IMG/VR virus record: IMGVR_UViG_3300048606_000052
Location: 4,848-68,847 of that record
Source: a virus
Taxonomy: Duplodnaviria; Caudoviricetes
DNA: 64,000 bases
Direction: 5' to 3' (one strand)
Numbering within the stretch: the first letter of the stretch is position 1; the number at the start of each line of letters is the position of its first letter. The position numbers and the translations under genes were made by a program. Positions 33,092 through 41,753 of the stretch are shown piece by piece. The notes below the pieces were generated by a model that had not been told where the DNA came from, did not search any database, and was given only the letters and a program-made list of their open reading frames with translations.

Positions 33092-33739
33092 TTAGCGCAG
33101 GCGGCGGTCTCTTGACCATCGGATCGCGGCGCACGTGGCGACACCGATCGCGTCGGCCTCGTCGTGCGCGCGGCTGGCCTGCTCGCACTTCTTGCCCTCA
33201 CCGTGGCACTTCGGGCAGTCCCCGGGGTAATCGATCACGGCCCGGGCCCACGCGAGGATCGCCGGCTTCTTCGCGAAGCCCTTGCCCTCGCCGAGCGCGT
33301 CACGTTTCCAGCTCGTCGGCTCGACGACGTCGACCCGGGCGTCGGCGAACGCCTGTCCGAGCAGCGCGAGCGTGACGCCGACGACGTAGTAGCTCTGCGG
33401 GTGCGGCCGCGCGTCGCCCTGGCCGTAAGGCTGCTCGACGAGGACCGCGGCGGGCGGCGCGACAGAGCCGAGGCGCTGAAGGAACGGCGGCAGGGTCTCG
33501 AGCATCCGGGCGAGGCGGCGGGCCGGATCCTTGCCGAACTGCTCGACCTCGTGCGAAAACCAGCCGACCTCGGGCTCGGTGTTCGCGGCGACGCCCTGGA
33601 TGACGCCGACGGCGATCCTGCGTGTGGACACGTCGAGGCCCCACACGTTCTCGGTCAGGCGGCAGGCGCGCGGCGGGAAGTGCCACGCCGGCGAGTACGC
33701 CGGGACGTCAACGCCGGGCAGCGTCAGCGGCGTCGTCAC
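33092..33739 (-). CDS. ruvC: RuvC-like Holliday junction resolvase with inserted Cys3-His motif
   Basis: WGLDVS, VLVEQP, PTSWK..LG.G..K, DEADAIGVA. Confidence 0.8.
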   Translation of the reverse strand: MTTPLTLPGVDVPAYSPAWHFPPRACRLTENVWGLDVSTRRIAVGVIQGVAANTEPEVGWFSHEVEQFGKDPARRLARMLETLPPFLQRLGSVAPPAAVLVEQPYGQGDARPHPQSYYVVGVTLALLGQAFADARVDVVEPTSWKRDALGEGKGFAKKPAILAWARAVIDYPGDCPKCHGEGKKCEQASRAHDEADAIGVATCAAIRWSRDRRLR

Positions 33740-34005
33740 GGAGCTCTGCCGACGCGCTCGACGAGCAGGTCGTAAGCGCGGGCCAAGACCGCGATGACGA
33801 ACGGCTCCTGCCCTTCGCCCATGATGCCGCCGAGCTTGCGCATGAACTGCAGCGCCAGCGTGACGGCAGTCCGCTGGTCTATCCGGACGCCGCCGGCGAG
33901 GTCGGCCACGAGCTTGTCAAGGTCGGTGCTCACGGGCGACGGTCCGAGCCATCCCTCGCTCTGCGCCGTTCCGAACACGGCCGCTGCAACTGTCGCCTCG
34001 TGCAT
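33736..34005 (-). CDS. Hypothetical protein (start uncertain, may be GTG 33933)
   Basis: Helical ORF, GTGA coupled to ruvC-like gene. Confidence 0.45.
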   Translation of the reverse strand: MHEATVAAAVFGTAQSEGWLGPSPVSTDLDKLVADLAGGVRIDQRTAVTLALQFMRKLGGIMGEGQEPFVIAVLARAYDLLVERVGRAP

Positions 34006-34052
34006 CTGCGACGACGTCGGCCCCGGACCCCGGGGGTGGCGCCGCACGGCCA

Positions 34053-34271
34053 CTAGAACGGCCACGCCTCGGTCTGTGCGGCCGGCTCGAGCTGCGGCGC
34101 TGGTGCCGGGCCGGCCGCGAGTTCGTGCGCTACGCCCGACAGCTCCAGACAGCGATCGCACTGCGCCTCGACGGGCACACGTGGGCCGGCATCCTCGACG
34201 AGTCGCAGCAGGCCGCCGCAGGGGCAGCGTGCGACCGCGCGCGCCGCGGGCTCGAAGAATTGAATCGCCAC
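34053..34271 (-). CDS. Small zinc-ribbon protein
   Basis: RCPCGG...QCDRC. Confidence 0.6.
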   Translation of the reverse strand: MAIQFFEPAARAVARCPCGGLLRLVEDAGPRVPVEAQCDRCLELSGVAHELAAGPAPAPQLEPAAQTEAWPF

Positions 34272-34274
34272 GGG

Positions 34275-35006
34275 TTAGCTCGCTTGCGGTAGCGCTGCGA
34301 GGTAGTCCGGGCGCCCGAGCTCGCGGCGCGTGGTGCGGTCGTCTTCGGCGCGGGCTTGCTGGAGCCGGCGCATGGACGAGGGTGCGTCAAGCGCGGCAAT
34401 GGCGCGCGACTCAACGGCGCGGCGCGCGAACGCCTGCCACTTGTCGCGCATCTGCGCTTCGAGGGTCGTGTCGCCGCCGGCGCCGAGGTCTTCGAGCTCG
34501 CCCCACGTCACGAACCCGTCGCGGACGAACTCGAGCACGAGCGGGTGCAGCAGCTCGTGATAGGCGCGCTTCGCCAGGCGCGCCGGCCGGCACTCGCAAT
34601 CGGTGACGGTGTTCGGCAGTTCGGATGTCGAGATGTCCACGAACCCCGAGCCGTCGCAGCGACCGGCGGGGCAGTCCCACTCGAAGTCGCGCTCCCGGCC
34701 GGCGACGACCTCACGCTGCCGTGCGACGACCTGCCGCTTGACGTCGCCCCAGTCCGGCGCGTCGAGTTGCAGCCGCGCGACCTCGTGACAGACCGCGCCG
34801 GCGGTCGGCGCGAACTCGCGGCCCGGCTGGCGCTTGATGACCTCGACGGCCGCGGCCGCCTCGGCGGGGTCGAGGTGCGCGACGTCAGCGGCGTAGGCCT
34901 TCCGGTGCTCGTCGGTGAAGCGCGCCGACGGGAAGCTCTGCTCGACGAGCGCGACGAGCTCAAGCGCTGCGGCGAGGCGCTCACGGCGTGCGGCCTCGTT
35001 GCTCAC
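34275..35006 (-). CDS. Putative helicase loader/inhibitor (SPP1 G39P-like) with Zn-binding insert
   Basis: Directly after initiator; ..AYAADVAHLDPAEAAAAV...FAPTAGAV pattern; CPAGRCDGSGF...CEC. Confidence 0.55.
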   Translation of the reverse strand: MSNEAARRERLAAALELVALVEQSFPSARFTDEHRKAYAADVAHLDPAEAAAAVEVIKRQPGREFAPTAGAVCHEVARLQLDAPDWGDVKRQVVARQREVVAGRERDFEWDCPAGRCDGSGFVDISTSELPNTVTDCECRPARLAKRAYHELLHPLVLEFVRDGFVTWGELEDLGAGGDTTLEAQMRDKWQAFARRAVESRAIAALDAPSSMRRLQQARAEDDRTTRRELGRPDYLAALPQAS

Positions 35007-35854
35007 GGTGCCCCTTCCTCGGCTCGCCGTAGGTCGGCGGCCTCTTGTCGTAGTCGCTCGGCCATGTCCCGCATTCTGGCCGGTCCGGTGGACGGGTCTG
35101 CCGCAGAGTGTCGCCCGTTGCTCGGTAGCGGCGGGCCGGGCGGCGGGTCGGCGTTCTCGAGGAACGATCGGTAGCGGGCGACGATGTCCGCGCACGACTT
35201 TGTGCGGCCCTTGCCGTGCAGGAGCCAGCCCTCGACGTCGCGGGCGACCTTCACGTGGTCGCGGTCGGGGTACGTCAGCACGGCGTGCCCGACGGCGGCG
35301 CGTGTGACCTCCCTCGTCTGGCGGCGCTCCCGCGCGGTGCGCTTGAGAATCTTCCCGGCGGCGATGGCGGCGTCGTGCAGCTCGACGGGCAGGTCGTCGG
35401 GGAAAGCGTCCTCGCGCGCCCTGCCTTCATGCCTTGAAGCGTGGTCGTTCTCAGAGGCGGTCGTTCTTGAGGGGTCGTTTCGTGCCGGGTGGTCCTGTCG
35501 ATCCGTGCCGGTTGGATCATGCGGCAAATCGTGCCGGATGGCCGTTTCTCCGTCCGGCCATTCGGTGATCCACGGTGCCAGCAGGAGGAACTCGTCGCCT
35601 CGTCGGCTGCCGTCGATGCGGCGTTGCGCTCGCCGTGCGATGACGCCCGCGTCCTCGAGCGCCCGCAAGTGCCCGCGCACCGCGCGCTCGCCGGCCTCGA
35701 CGCCATCGGCGAGCGTCTCCTGTTTCGCCTCGCAACGCCCCGTCGCGCTGTCGGCCATCATCGCCAGCATCGACAGCACCGCCTTGCGGACGGAGTTGCC
35801 GACCTTCAGCGAGAACGCCCAGCGCTGAAACGCCCAGGGGTCGGGGGAGGTCAT
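35003..35854 (-). CDS. Phage replication initiator (N-terminal HTH_36 type)
   Basis: RKAVLSMLAMMAD...CEAKQETLADGVEAGERAVRGHLRALEDAGVIAR. Confidence 0.8.
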   Translation of the reverse strand: MTSPDPWAFQRWAFSLKVGNSVRKAVLSMLAMMADSATGRCEAKQETLADGVEAGERAVRGHLRALEDAGVIARRAQRRIDGSRRGDEFLLLAPWITEWPDGETAIRHDLPHDPTGTDRQDHPARNDPSRTTASENDHASRHEGRAREDAFPDDLPVELHDAAIAAGKILKRTARERRQTREVTRAAVGHAVLTYPDRDHVKVARDVEGWLLHGKGRTKSCADIVARYRSFLENADPPPGPPLPSNGRHSAADPSTGPARMRDMAERLRQEAADLRRAEEGAP

Positions 35855-36048
35855 GCCGGCACGGGGCGCTTCATGCGCCGCAGCGGCATGCGGCGAGTCA
35901 CCTCCAGCCAGGGCTCGTCGCAGGCGGGCGAGTCGCGGAGGTGAGCGCCGGCGAGCTCGTCGGCGAGCACGGGGAGATCGACGGCACGTGGCGGGTCGAG
36001 CGTGGCGCGCCATCCGCATTCGCAGACGACGGCGTGGGTCTCGGGCAT
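35851..36048 (-). CDS. Small Zn-binding protein
   Basis: VCECGW...H...C. Confidence 0.55.
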   Translation of the reverse strand: MPETHAVVCECGWRATLDPPRAVDLPVLADELAGAHLRDSPACDEPWLEVTRRMPLRRMKRPVPA

Positions 36049-36117
36049 CCGGTCCTACCTTTCCGCCCGGGCTACCGGCTACAGTGCCTCGGGCGCTGAC
36101 GGTTAATGGAAGTTCCC

Positions 36118-36147
36118 GACGGGCCGCCCCTCACACGGCGGCCCGTC
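36118..36147 (-). terminator. Stem-loop, 11-bp stem GACGGGCCGCC/GGCGGCCCGTC
   Basis: 12 nt downstream of stop at 36160. Confidence 0.55.
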
Positions 36148-36159
36148 CTCGTTGGTGCG

Positions 36160-36639
36160 TCAGGCGCTGACGCCGAGCGCCGACTCGACGCGGCCCTTGA
36201 GGCGGTCCAGTAGCGCGGCCGCGCGGTTCTCGTCGGCTCGCAGCAGGTCGGCGAACTGCGCCTCGATGACGCCCTCTTCGCCCTTGACGCGCTCGACGTA
36301 GATCGGCACGAGCTTTTGCTTGACGTCCCAGGCGGTGATCCGCTTGCCGGTGAGCCGGTCGCCCTCACGGTCGGGCACCGGGATCGGGTAGGCGACCTCG
36401 CACGTCACGAGCAGCGTGTGCTCCTTGCGAATGTCCAGCATCCCGCCGGACATCGGCACCTTCGACGTGCCGTTCATCGACACCGAGTGCGTGACCTTGT
36501 CGCCGGGCTGGATCATCGTCTGCAGCGTCGCCTCGTCGCCCTCGATCGTCCCCATCGGGAAGAGCTCAGCCGCCGCGGCTTGCTGCGTGTCGCCTTCCGC
36601 CATTTCGCGGATGCTCTGCGGTTTCTCGTCGTCTGGCAT
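36160..36639 (-). CDS. Hypothetical protein (beta-rich core, helical C-terminus)
   Basis: AGGAGG SD before ATG 36639. Confidence 0.7.
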   Translation of the reverse strand: MPDDEKPQSIREMAEGDTQQAAAAELFPMGTIEGDEATLQTMIQPGDKVTHSVSMNGTSKVPMSGGMLDIRKEHTLLVTCEVAYPIPVPDREGDRLTGKRITAWDVKQKLVPIYVERVKGEEGVIEAQFADLLRADENRAAALLDRLKGRVESALGVSA

Positions 36640-36772
36640 TACGGCCTCCTGTCCGGGGATCGGGGTTGAGGTCGCAGCCGACGTCCCCGGGCGCCGGCCT
36701 GCGGGTCCTAGCACACGCCACGCGGCCCGTCCGGGACGTGCCCGCGTCGTGCGGCAAGTTCAGCGCTGCTCG

Positions 36773-37285
36773 TCATCCCACCGGCGGGAAGACGTCGTCG
36801 TCCTCGAGCACCCACCGCGCGTTGACCTCGTCGGCGAACTCGAAGGCCTTAGCGGGCAGCAGCCGGCGCGGGATGCGCTGCACGGCGTCGTCGTGACGGA
36901 AGTGGTGATAGCGGCAGACGGGCAGCCCGTTGCGAAGGTCCCACTTGAGGTGCCGCAGGCCCCAGGAGATCAGGCGGTCCTTCGCGATGATGTGCGCGCC
37001 GTCGATCTTCGCGAGGTCCGCGCGGCGCTCGCGCGCGGTCTGCTCGTCGACCGGGCAGTCCTCGCACACCACGCACGGCTGACGCTCGAAATGCTGGCCC
37101 CAGAGCCGCCGGCCGTCGGGGTCCTCTTCGACGCTGCGCGGTGAGCCCTGCCCACCGGCCGCGCGACGCTCGTCACGGGCGACGTCCTCTGGACGCGCGC
37201 CATCCTGCCGGCGACGCTCTTCGCGGCGTCTGCGGCGCTCAGCGGCTCGCGCCGGGTCGTGCCTCAGACCCTTGCCGCGGTTCAT
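36773..37285 (-). CDS. HNH endonuclease-like protein
   Basis: CVVC...DGAHIIAK...WDLRNGLPVCRYHH. Confidence 0.75.
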   Translation of the reverse strand: MNRGKGLRHDPARAAERRRRREERRRQDGARPEDVARDERRAAGGQGSPRSVEEDPDGRRLWGQHFERQPCVVCEDCPVDEQTARERRADLAKIDGAHIIAKDRLISWGLRHLKWDLRNGLPVCRYHHFRHDDAVQRIPRRLLPAKAFEFADEVNARWVLEDDDVFPPVG

Positions 37286-37755
37286 GCCGCCCGCGCTTCG
37301 TTCGTGAAGGGCATGTGCGCGAGGCGGTAGACGCGGGCGGCCTCGGCTGCTGCGGCCTCGTCGGCGAAGAGCCCGAGGTAGACGAGGCGCCCCTGGATGC
37401 GAACCTGCGCGCTCCACTTGCCCGTCGCCTTGTGCCACGCAACGCCGCGGTGACGTGACGACCCGCCCGCGGCGCGCTGGTTCTGTGTGTTCTGCGCGTT
37501 CGTCGCGACCCGCAGATTGGACCGGCGGCAGTCGAGCGGATTCCCGTCGATGTGGTCGCCCTGCAGCCCGTCGCCTGGCGTCAGGCCGAGGATCACGCGG
37601 TGCAAGAGCAGGTCGCGCCGACCGTCCGAGTAGTCGCTGCGCCGCACGTAGCCGTTGCTCAGGTGCCAACGGTGTTCGGCGAGGTGCGCGTCCTGCTCGT
37701 CGATGGTCGCGTGCGCCCGAATGCTGCCGTCGCGGGCTCGGAGCGGGATCAGCAC
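37282..37755 (-). CDS. HNH-AP2 homing endonuclease
   Basis: LHRVIL...DHIDGNPLDCRRSNLR and SSRHRGVAW...KWSAQV...YLGLF..EAAAA. Confidence 0.92.
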   Translation of the reverse strand: MLIPLRARDGSIRAHATIDEQDAHLAEHRWHLSNGYVRRSDYSDGRRDLLLHRVILGLTPGDGLQGDHIDGNPLDCRRSNLRVATNAQNTQNQRAAGGSSRHRGVAWHKATGKWSAQVRIQGRLVYLGLFADEAAAAEAARVYRLAHMPFTNEARAA

Positions 37756-37757
37756 GG

Positions 37758-39134
37758 CTAAGACCTCCGCCGCTTCCGCTCGGCGAGCTCGGCCGCCCGC
37801 TCAAACATCGCCACAGTGTCCTCTTCGCTGAGTCCGCGGGTGACGTCGGCGTCGGGCGCGTAGTGCGTGAAGCGGGTGTGCGTGCGCCGGCGGAAGAGCG
37901 TGGTCGGGTCTCTGCCGGCGAGCATTGCCGCCTTGACCTGCGCCAGCGTCGGGCGCTCGACGCGTTCGCGCACGACGTGCCCCCAGAAGTGGTCGCGTTT
38001 GGCGTCGCGGACGCGGGTCGGGCCCTCGTGCTCGGTCCACGTTTTCATGCTCGGCTCGATGAGCTTCTGCACGGCCTTCGCGCGCAGCAGGATCCCGCCG
38101 TACATCTGCGCCTCTTCGGGCGTGCCGATCATGCCGCCCGTCTTCGCCTCGGGCGGCACGGGGCAGTCCATGCGCCCCGGGCAGTTGAAACAGTGCGCGC
38201 CCGGGCTCGGTTCGCCCCACTGCGCCGGCGTCGCCAGCACACGCCGGCGCACGCGGTTGCGGCGCGTGCGGATCGCGGCTTCGTAGCAGCGGTCGAAGCG
38301 CTCCGCCGTCGCGCTGAGGTAGGACAGGATCTCGGGGAGCTGGTGACGCCAGAGCGTCGCCTCGCGTTCCTTCGACCACGGCAGGTAGGCCTCGCGCAGC
38401 GTGCAGCTCTGCACGGCCCGGAACTCGGGCCGCAGGAAGATGAGGCTGGAGTAGAACCGCTGCTGAAAGTAGGCCCGCGCGCTGAGCTTGTCATCGCCGC
38501 GGTCGTCGTCGAGGTCGTCGGGATCGTCCTCCCGGGCGCCTGGTAGCGCCCAGGTGTGTTTCCAATCTGGCACCGTGGCGTGCGTGCCGCTCGGGTCGAT
38601 GAGCAGCGCGTCGAGCTGCCCGGTGATGTAGCGCTCGACGAGGCCGCCGCTGCCGTCGGGGTAGTGGATCGGCACGGCGAGGCGAACCTCGACGCCGTAG
38701 ACCTCGGCGATGGTCAGCCAGGTGTCCTCGGCCCACTTGCGCAGGACGCGGCGGGTGAAGGCGTCCTCGTGGGCGGGCAGCGTGAACGTCTCGCCGACGG
38801 GCACGGTGGCCTGGCGCAACTCGTCTTCGTAGAAGCCGATGACGAGCCCGGGGTCGATGCGCTCCTGTTTGCGCTCCGCCATATGCCGCAGCGATCGGGC
38901 GATCGTTGAGTGCGCCAGGCGCCCGGCGGCCTGGCGGTGCGTCGTGTAGCCGCTCGTGTGCAGGACCTGCGACCCGGGCTTCGGGATCGCGCCTCGCAGT
39001 TCGTAGCCGGTGTAGAGCTGGCAGTCCGCGAAGCCGGCGAGCATCGATTGGCGCAGCGCCGGGTGGTGCAGCATGGCGGTGGGATAGGGGACGCCAGCCG
39101 TCGCCGGTGGCGCGACAGGGGCAGGGGTTGCCAT
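37758..39134 (-). CDS. PD-(D/E)XK exonuclease (RecE/RecB-like)
   Basis: GRLAHSTI, EVRL, GQLDALL, DWK, QQRFY, HCFNCP..DCP; adjacent to RecT-like gene. Confidence 0.8.
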   Translation of the reverse strand: MATPAPVAPPATAGVPYPTAMLHHPALRQSMLAGFADCQLYTGYELRGAIPKPGSQVLHTSGYTTHRQAAGRLAHSTIARSLRHMAERKQERIDPGLVIGFYEDELRQATVPVGETFTLPAHEDAFTRRVLRKWAEDTWLTIAEVYGVEVRLAVPIHYPDGSGGLVERYITGQLDALLIDPSGTHATVPDWKHTWALPGAREDDPDDLDDDRGDDKLSARAYFQQRFYSSLIFLRPEFRAVQSCTLREAYLPWSKEREATLWRHQLPEILSYLSATAERFDRCYEAAIRTRRNRVRRRVLATPAQWGEPSPGAHCFNCPGRMDCPVPPEAKTGGMIGTPEEAQMYGGILLRAKAVQKLIEPSMKTWTEHEGPTRVRDAKRDHFWGHVVRERVERPTLAQVKAAMLAGRDPTTLFRRRTHTRFTHYAPDADVTRGLSEEDTVAMFERAAELAERKRRRS

Positions 39135-39148
39135 CGGAACCGTGCAGG

Positions 39149-40333
39149 CTACGCCGTTGCCGACTCAGGCTCGAGGCCCGCCGCGCGCGCGGCCGCCTCG
39201 ACTGCCGCAAGTTCCGTCGTGAACTCGCGCAGGTCCTCGGCGTCGAGGGTGCCCGGATTGAACGCGCGGAGCTCGTCGAGGCGCCGGCGCAGCGCGACCG
39301 GGTCGCGCTTGCGCGCGATCGTCTCCTGCACGTCACGTTCGATCTCGTCGGCGAGGTCGCCGCGCAGCCGGTCATAGGTCGCGGGGTCCGCGTCGCCCTC
39401 GTTGGCTGCGGCCTTCGCGCTCGCGAGGTGAGCTCGCACCTTCGCCGGCGGCCAGAGCAGCGCGTCGAGCGTCTGCGCCTGCCGGTAGGCGTCCAAGATG
39501 CGAGCGTCGAACGCGTCCACAGGGCCCTCCTCGAAGATCGGCGGAGCGGCCGCCACGGGTAGGTCAGGGCGCCGCGTGACCTCGTCGGCGCCAACGACGT
39601 CGTTGAGGTTCGTCGCCTTGCGCAGCGCGTTGGACATCGCGGCCGCGATCATGCACAGCTCCGGGTGCCGGCGCACGATGTCGTCCTCGGCGAGCTGCGC
39701 GCGTTCGGCCTCGGTGCCGATGTACGGGCCGGCCTTGAGCACGCGGACGGTCGGCTCCTGGCCTGCCATATCGACGACGCACCATCCGCCGACGACGTCG
39801 CCGCGCTGGTCTGGCATCCCGGTCTCGTGCGTGATGCCGACGCGCTCGGCGAGCGTCCGCGCGGACGGGTCAGGCTTGCCGCGCTTGAAGGTGTCCTTCG
39901 CGCAGATGGCGTCCTCGGCGGTGCCCCGGAACGCCTCGAAGCTGCTGGCGTAGCGCAGCAGCGTGTCGCGCCTGGCGGTCACGGTGTAGCTCGAGCCCAT
40001 GCCCTCCCGGGCGGCGTCACGGCCGAGCCAAACGTCGCCGCGCAGCAGGTCGGCCTTGAGGCGCCGGCCCTCGAGCAGCAGTCGCAGCACGTCGCCGGCG
40101 GTCGCGTCCTCGGGCACGTGCTCGTGCACGATGAGGTCGACCATCGCCTGCCCGCCGAAGTAGTCGATGAGGTCGGCGGGGATCGGCGGGTCCTGCCGCG
40201 CCTGGCCCGCCCGCGAGCGGTTCACGGCGGGCGGCACGGCGGCGCTCTGCTTGCGCGGCGCCCTGCGCGCGGGCTTCTTCGGGGCGGCCGCGCGCTGCTT
40301 GCGTGGCCGCGACGCGGGGGGCTTTTCGGTCAT
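39149..40333 (-). CDS. RecT/Bet-like single-strand annealing protein (alternative GTG start ~40417)
   Basis: RGDVVGGWCVV, HPELCMIAAAMSNALRKA...GADEV; basic N-terminal extension. Confidence 0.7.
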   Translation of the reverse strand: MTEKPPASRPRKQRAAAPKKPARRAPRKQSAAVPPAVNRSRAGQARQDPPIPADLIDYFGGQAMVDLIVHEHVPEDATAGDVLRLLLEGRRLKADLLRGDVWLGRDAAREGMGSSYTVTARRDTLLRYASSFEAFRGTAEDAICAKDTFKRGKPDPSARTLAERVGITHETGMPDQRGDVVGGWCVVDMAGQEPTVRVLKAGPYIGTEAERAQLAEDDIVRRHPELCMIAAAMSNALRKATNLNDVVGADEVTRRPDLPVAAAPPIFEEGPVDAFDARILDAYRQAQTLDALLWPPAKVRAHLASAKAAANEGDADPATYDRLRGDLADEIERDVQETIARKRDPVALRRRLDELRAFNPGTLDAEDLREFTTELAAVEAAARAAGLEPESATA

Positions 40334-40350
40334 GCGGTCCTCCGATGGTG

Positions 40351-40375
40351 GGGGGTTGCCGCTGGCAACCGTAGC
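40351..40375 (-). promoter_or_regulatory. Variant promoter motif GCTACGGTTGCCAGCGGCAACCCC upstream of recT-like gene
   Basis: TACGGT plus GCAACCCC; contains inverted repeat GGTTGCC-AGC-GGCAACC. Confidence 0.5.
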
Positions 40376-40611
40376 GTGCGGAGGGGCGGCGCGCCCAGCC
40401 CCGACCTCCAGCCTCACGCGACCTCCTAGGCTCACCGGGGCGAGGTGTCGGAGTCGTGGAGGCGGGAGGGTGGGCGGCCGTAGTGCGGCGCGGGCGACGG
40501 CACCGTATCCCGAAAGCAACCCCTTGCATCCGGAGGACGACTCGGCCCCAACGGCGCCGTCTGCCTAGTTTGCAGCGTACCCGATCCGCCAGCGTTGCTA
40601 AGCGACCGGCG

Positions 40612-40890
40612 TCACAGACCGGGGTCGAGGTCGCCGCCGGCGTCGTCGGGATCAACGTCGCCGTCATCGCCGCGTCGGCCGTCCTCGCCGTTGCTGACGT
40701 CGTCGTCGTCGATCTCGGCGAGCACCGCATCGGCCGCCGCCGCGTTGAGCTTCTCATCGACGATGTCCGGCAGCGCCATGACGTCGATCGCGCCAGAGCG
40801 CGCGTGCGGGTGGCGGACGTGCTCGAGCGCGATCGGATCGGCGGCGAGCAGGGCGTCCGACGGGGTCCAGAGGTCCTCGGGTCCTCGCAT
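40612..40890 (-). CDS. Small acidic protein after endolysin
   Basis: AAGGAG SD; Asp-rich C-terminus. Confidence 0.6.
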   Translation of the reverse strand: MRGPEDLWTPSDALLAADPIALEHVRHPHARSGAIDVMALPDIVDEKLNAAAADAVLAEIDDDDVSNGEDGRRGDDGDVDPDDAGGDLDPGL

Positions 40891-40902
40891 TGGGCAGGCT
40901 CC

Positions 40903-41727
40903 TTAGCCGTTTGGGTAGTCCATTGTCGCCACGCCGTGAATCTCGCGCGGTGAGCGCACGCGGGTGGCGATGCACCCGCCGTTGCTCTGCGATCCGGTGG
41001 CCCCGAATGAGGTGTTGCCCTCGACGGTTCGCGCGGACTCGTCGGCGAGCGCCTCGACGAGCATCCCGACGTGCACGCCAGCGCCGCCGATGACGACGAA
41101 CGCGCCGGGCGGCGCACCGCGCACGCTGCTCTGCCAGCGGCCGTAGGGGCGATGGCCCGCGCGGGCATGCCGCTCGATCGCCGACACGCTCGCGACGTCA
41201 GACGCCAGGTCCACGCCGCCGAAGCGCTCGGCGTGGTAGCCGCAGGCGATCCCGCACCACGGCACCCGCCCGAACCCCCAGTAGGTCTCCATGACCGTGA
41301 TGATGCCGCCGCTATTGGACCCGGGCGGCGTCTCGCGCGTGCCGACCTTCGCCAGGAACGCCTGCACAGCTCGCATGCGCGACGACGCCGCTTCGTGGTG
41401 GCGCTTCCGGAGCGCAGCCATCCGACTCATCCGCCGGCGGCCACGCGCGAGCTGCTGCTCGGTGCGCCGGCCAGGGCTGCGGATCATGCGCTGCACGCCG
41501 ACGGGCACCGCGTCGCCGCGGGTGATCCCGTCGTATGTCGCCGGCGCGGCTCCGAGCGCCCACGCCGCCTTGCGCACGGCCACGAGCGTGTGGTCGCCGA
41601 GCCCGCCGTCCTCGGCAGTCACCCAGGCGTCGAGGCCGCGGCCGCGTAGCCGCCGGTTGGTCGCGGACTGCAGCGCGCGGACAGCGTCGCCGCGCGCGCC
41701 CTTGTGTAGTGCTGCCATCGCCATCAT
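40903..41727 (-). CDS. Endolysin: PG-binding domain plus CHAP peptidase/amidase
   Basis: LHKGARGDAVRALQ; PWCGIAC, HVGML, TVEGNT. Confidence 0.88.
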   Translation of the reverse strand: MMAMAALHKGARGDAVRALQSATNRRLRGRGLDAWVTAEDGGLGDHTLVAVRKAAWALGAAPATYDGITRGDAVPVGVQRMIRSPGRRTEQQLARGRRRMSRMAALRKRHHEAASSRMRAVQAFLAKVGTRETPPGSNSGGIITVMETYWGFGRVPWCGIACGYHAERFGGVDLASDVASVSAIERHARAGHRPYGRWQSSVRGAPPGAFVVIGGAGVHVGMLVEALADESARTVEGNTSFGATGSQSNGGCIATRVRSPREIHGVATMDYPNG

Positions 41728-41753
41728 CGGCGGGGTCCTCTCCGGTCGGGGGG

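Noticed and set aside
33092-33739. TnpB/Cas12-like RNA-guided nuclease
   Set aside because: Only 215 aa, lacks the WED/REC N-terminal region, no IS ends or adjacent non-coding RNA space
39124-39131. GCAACCCC copy at the exonuclease start (also ~5920)
   Set aside because: Lies within coding sequence and lacks the upstream GCTACA; the 8-mer alone is expected several times by chance
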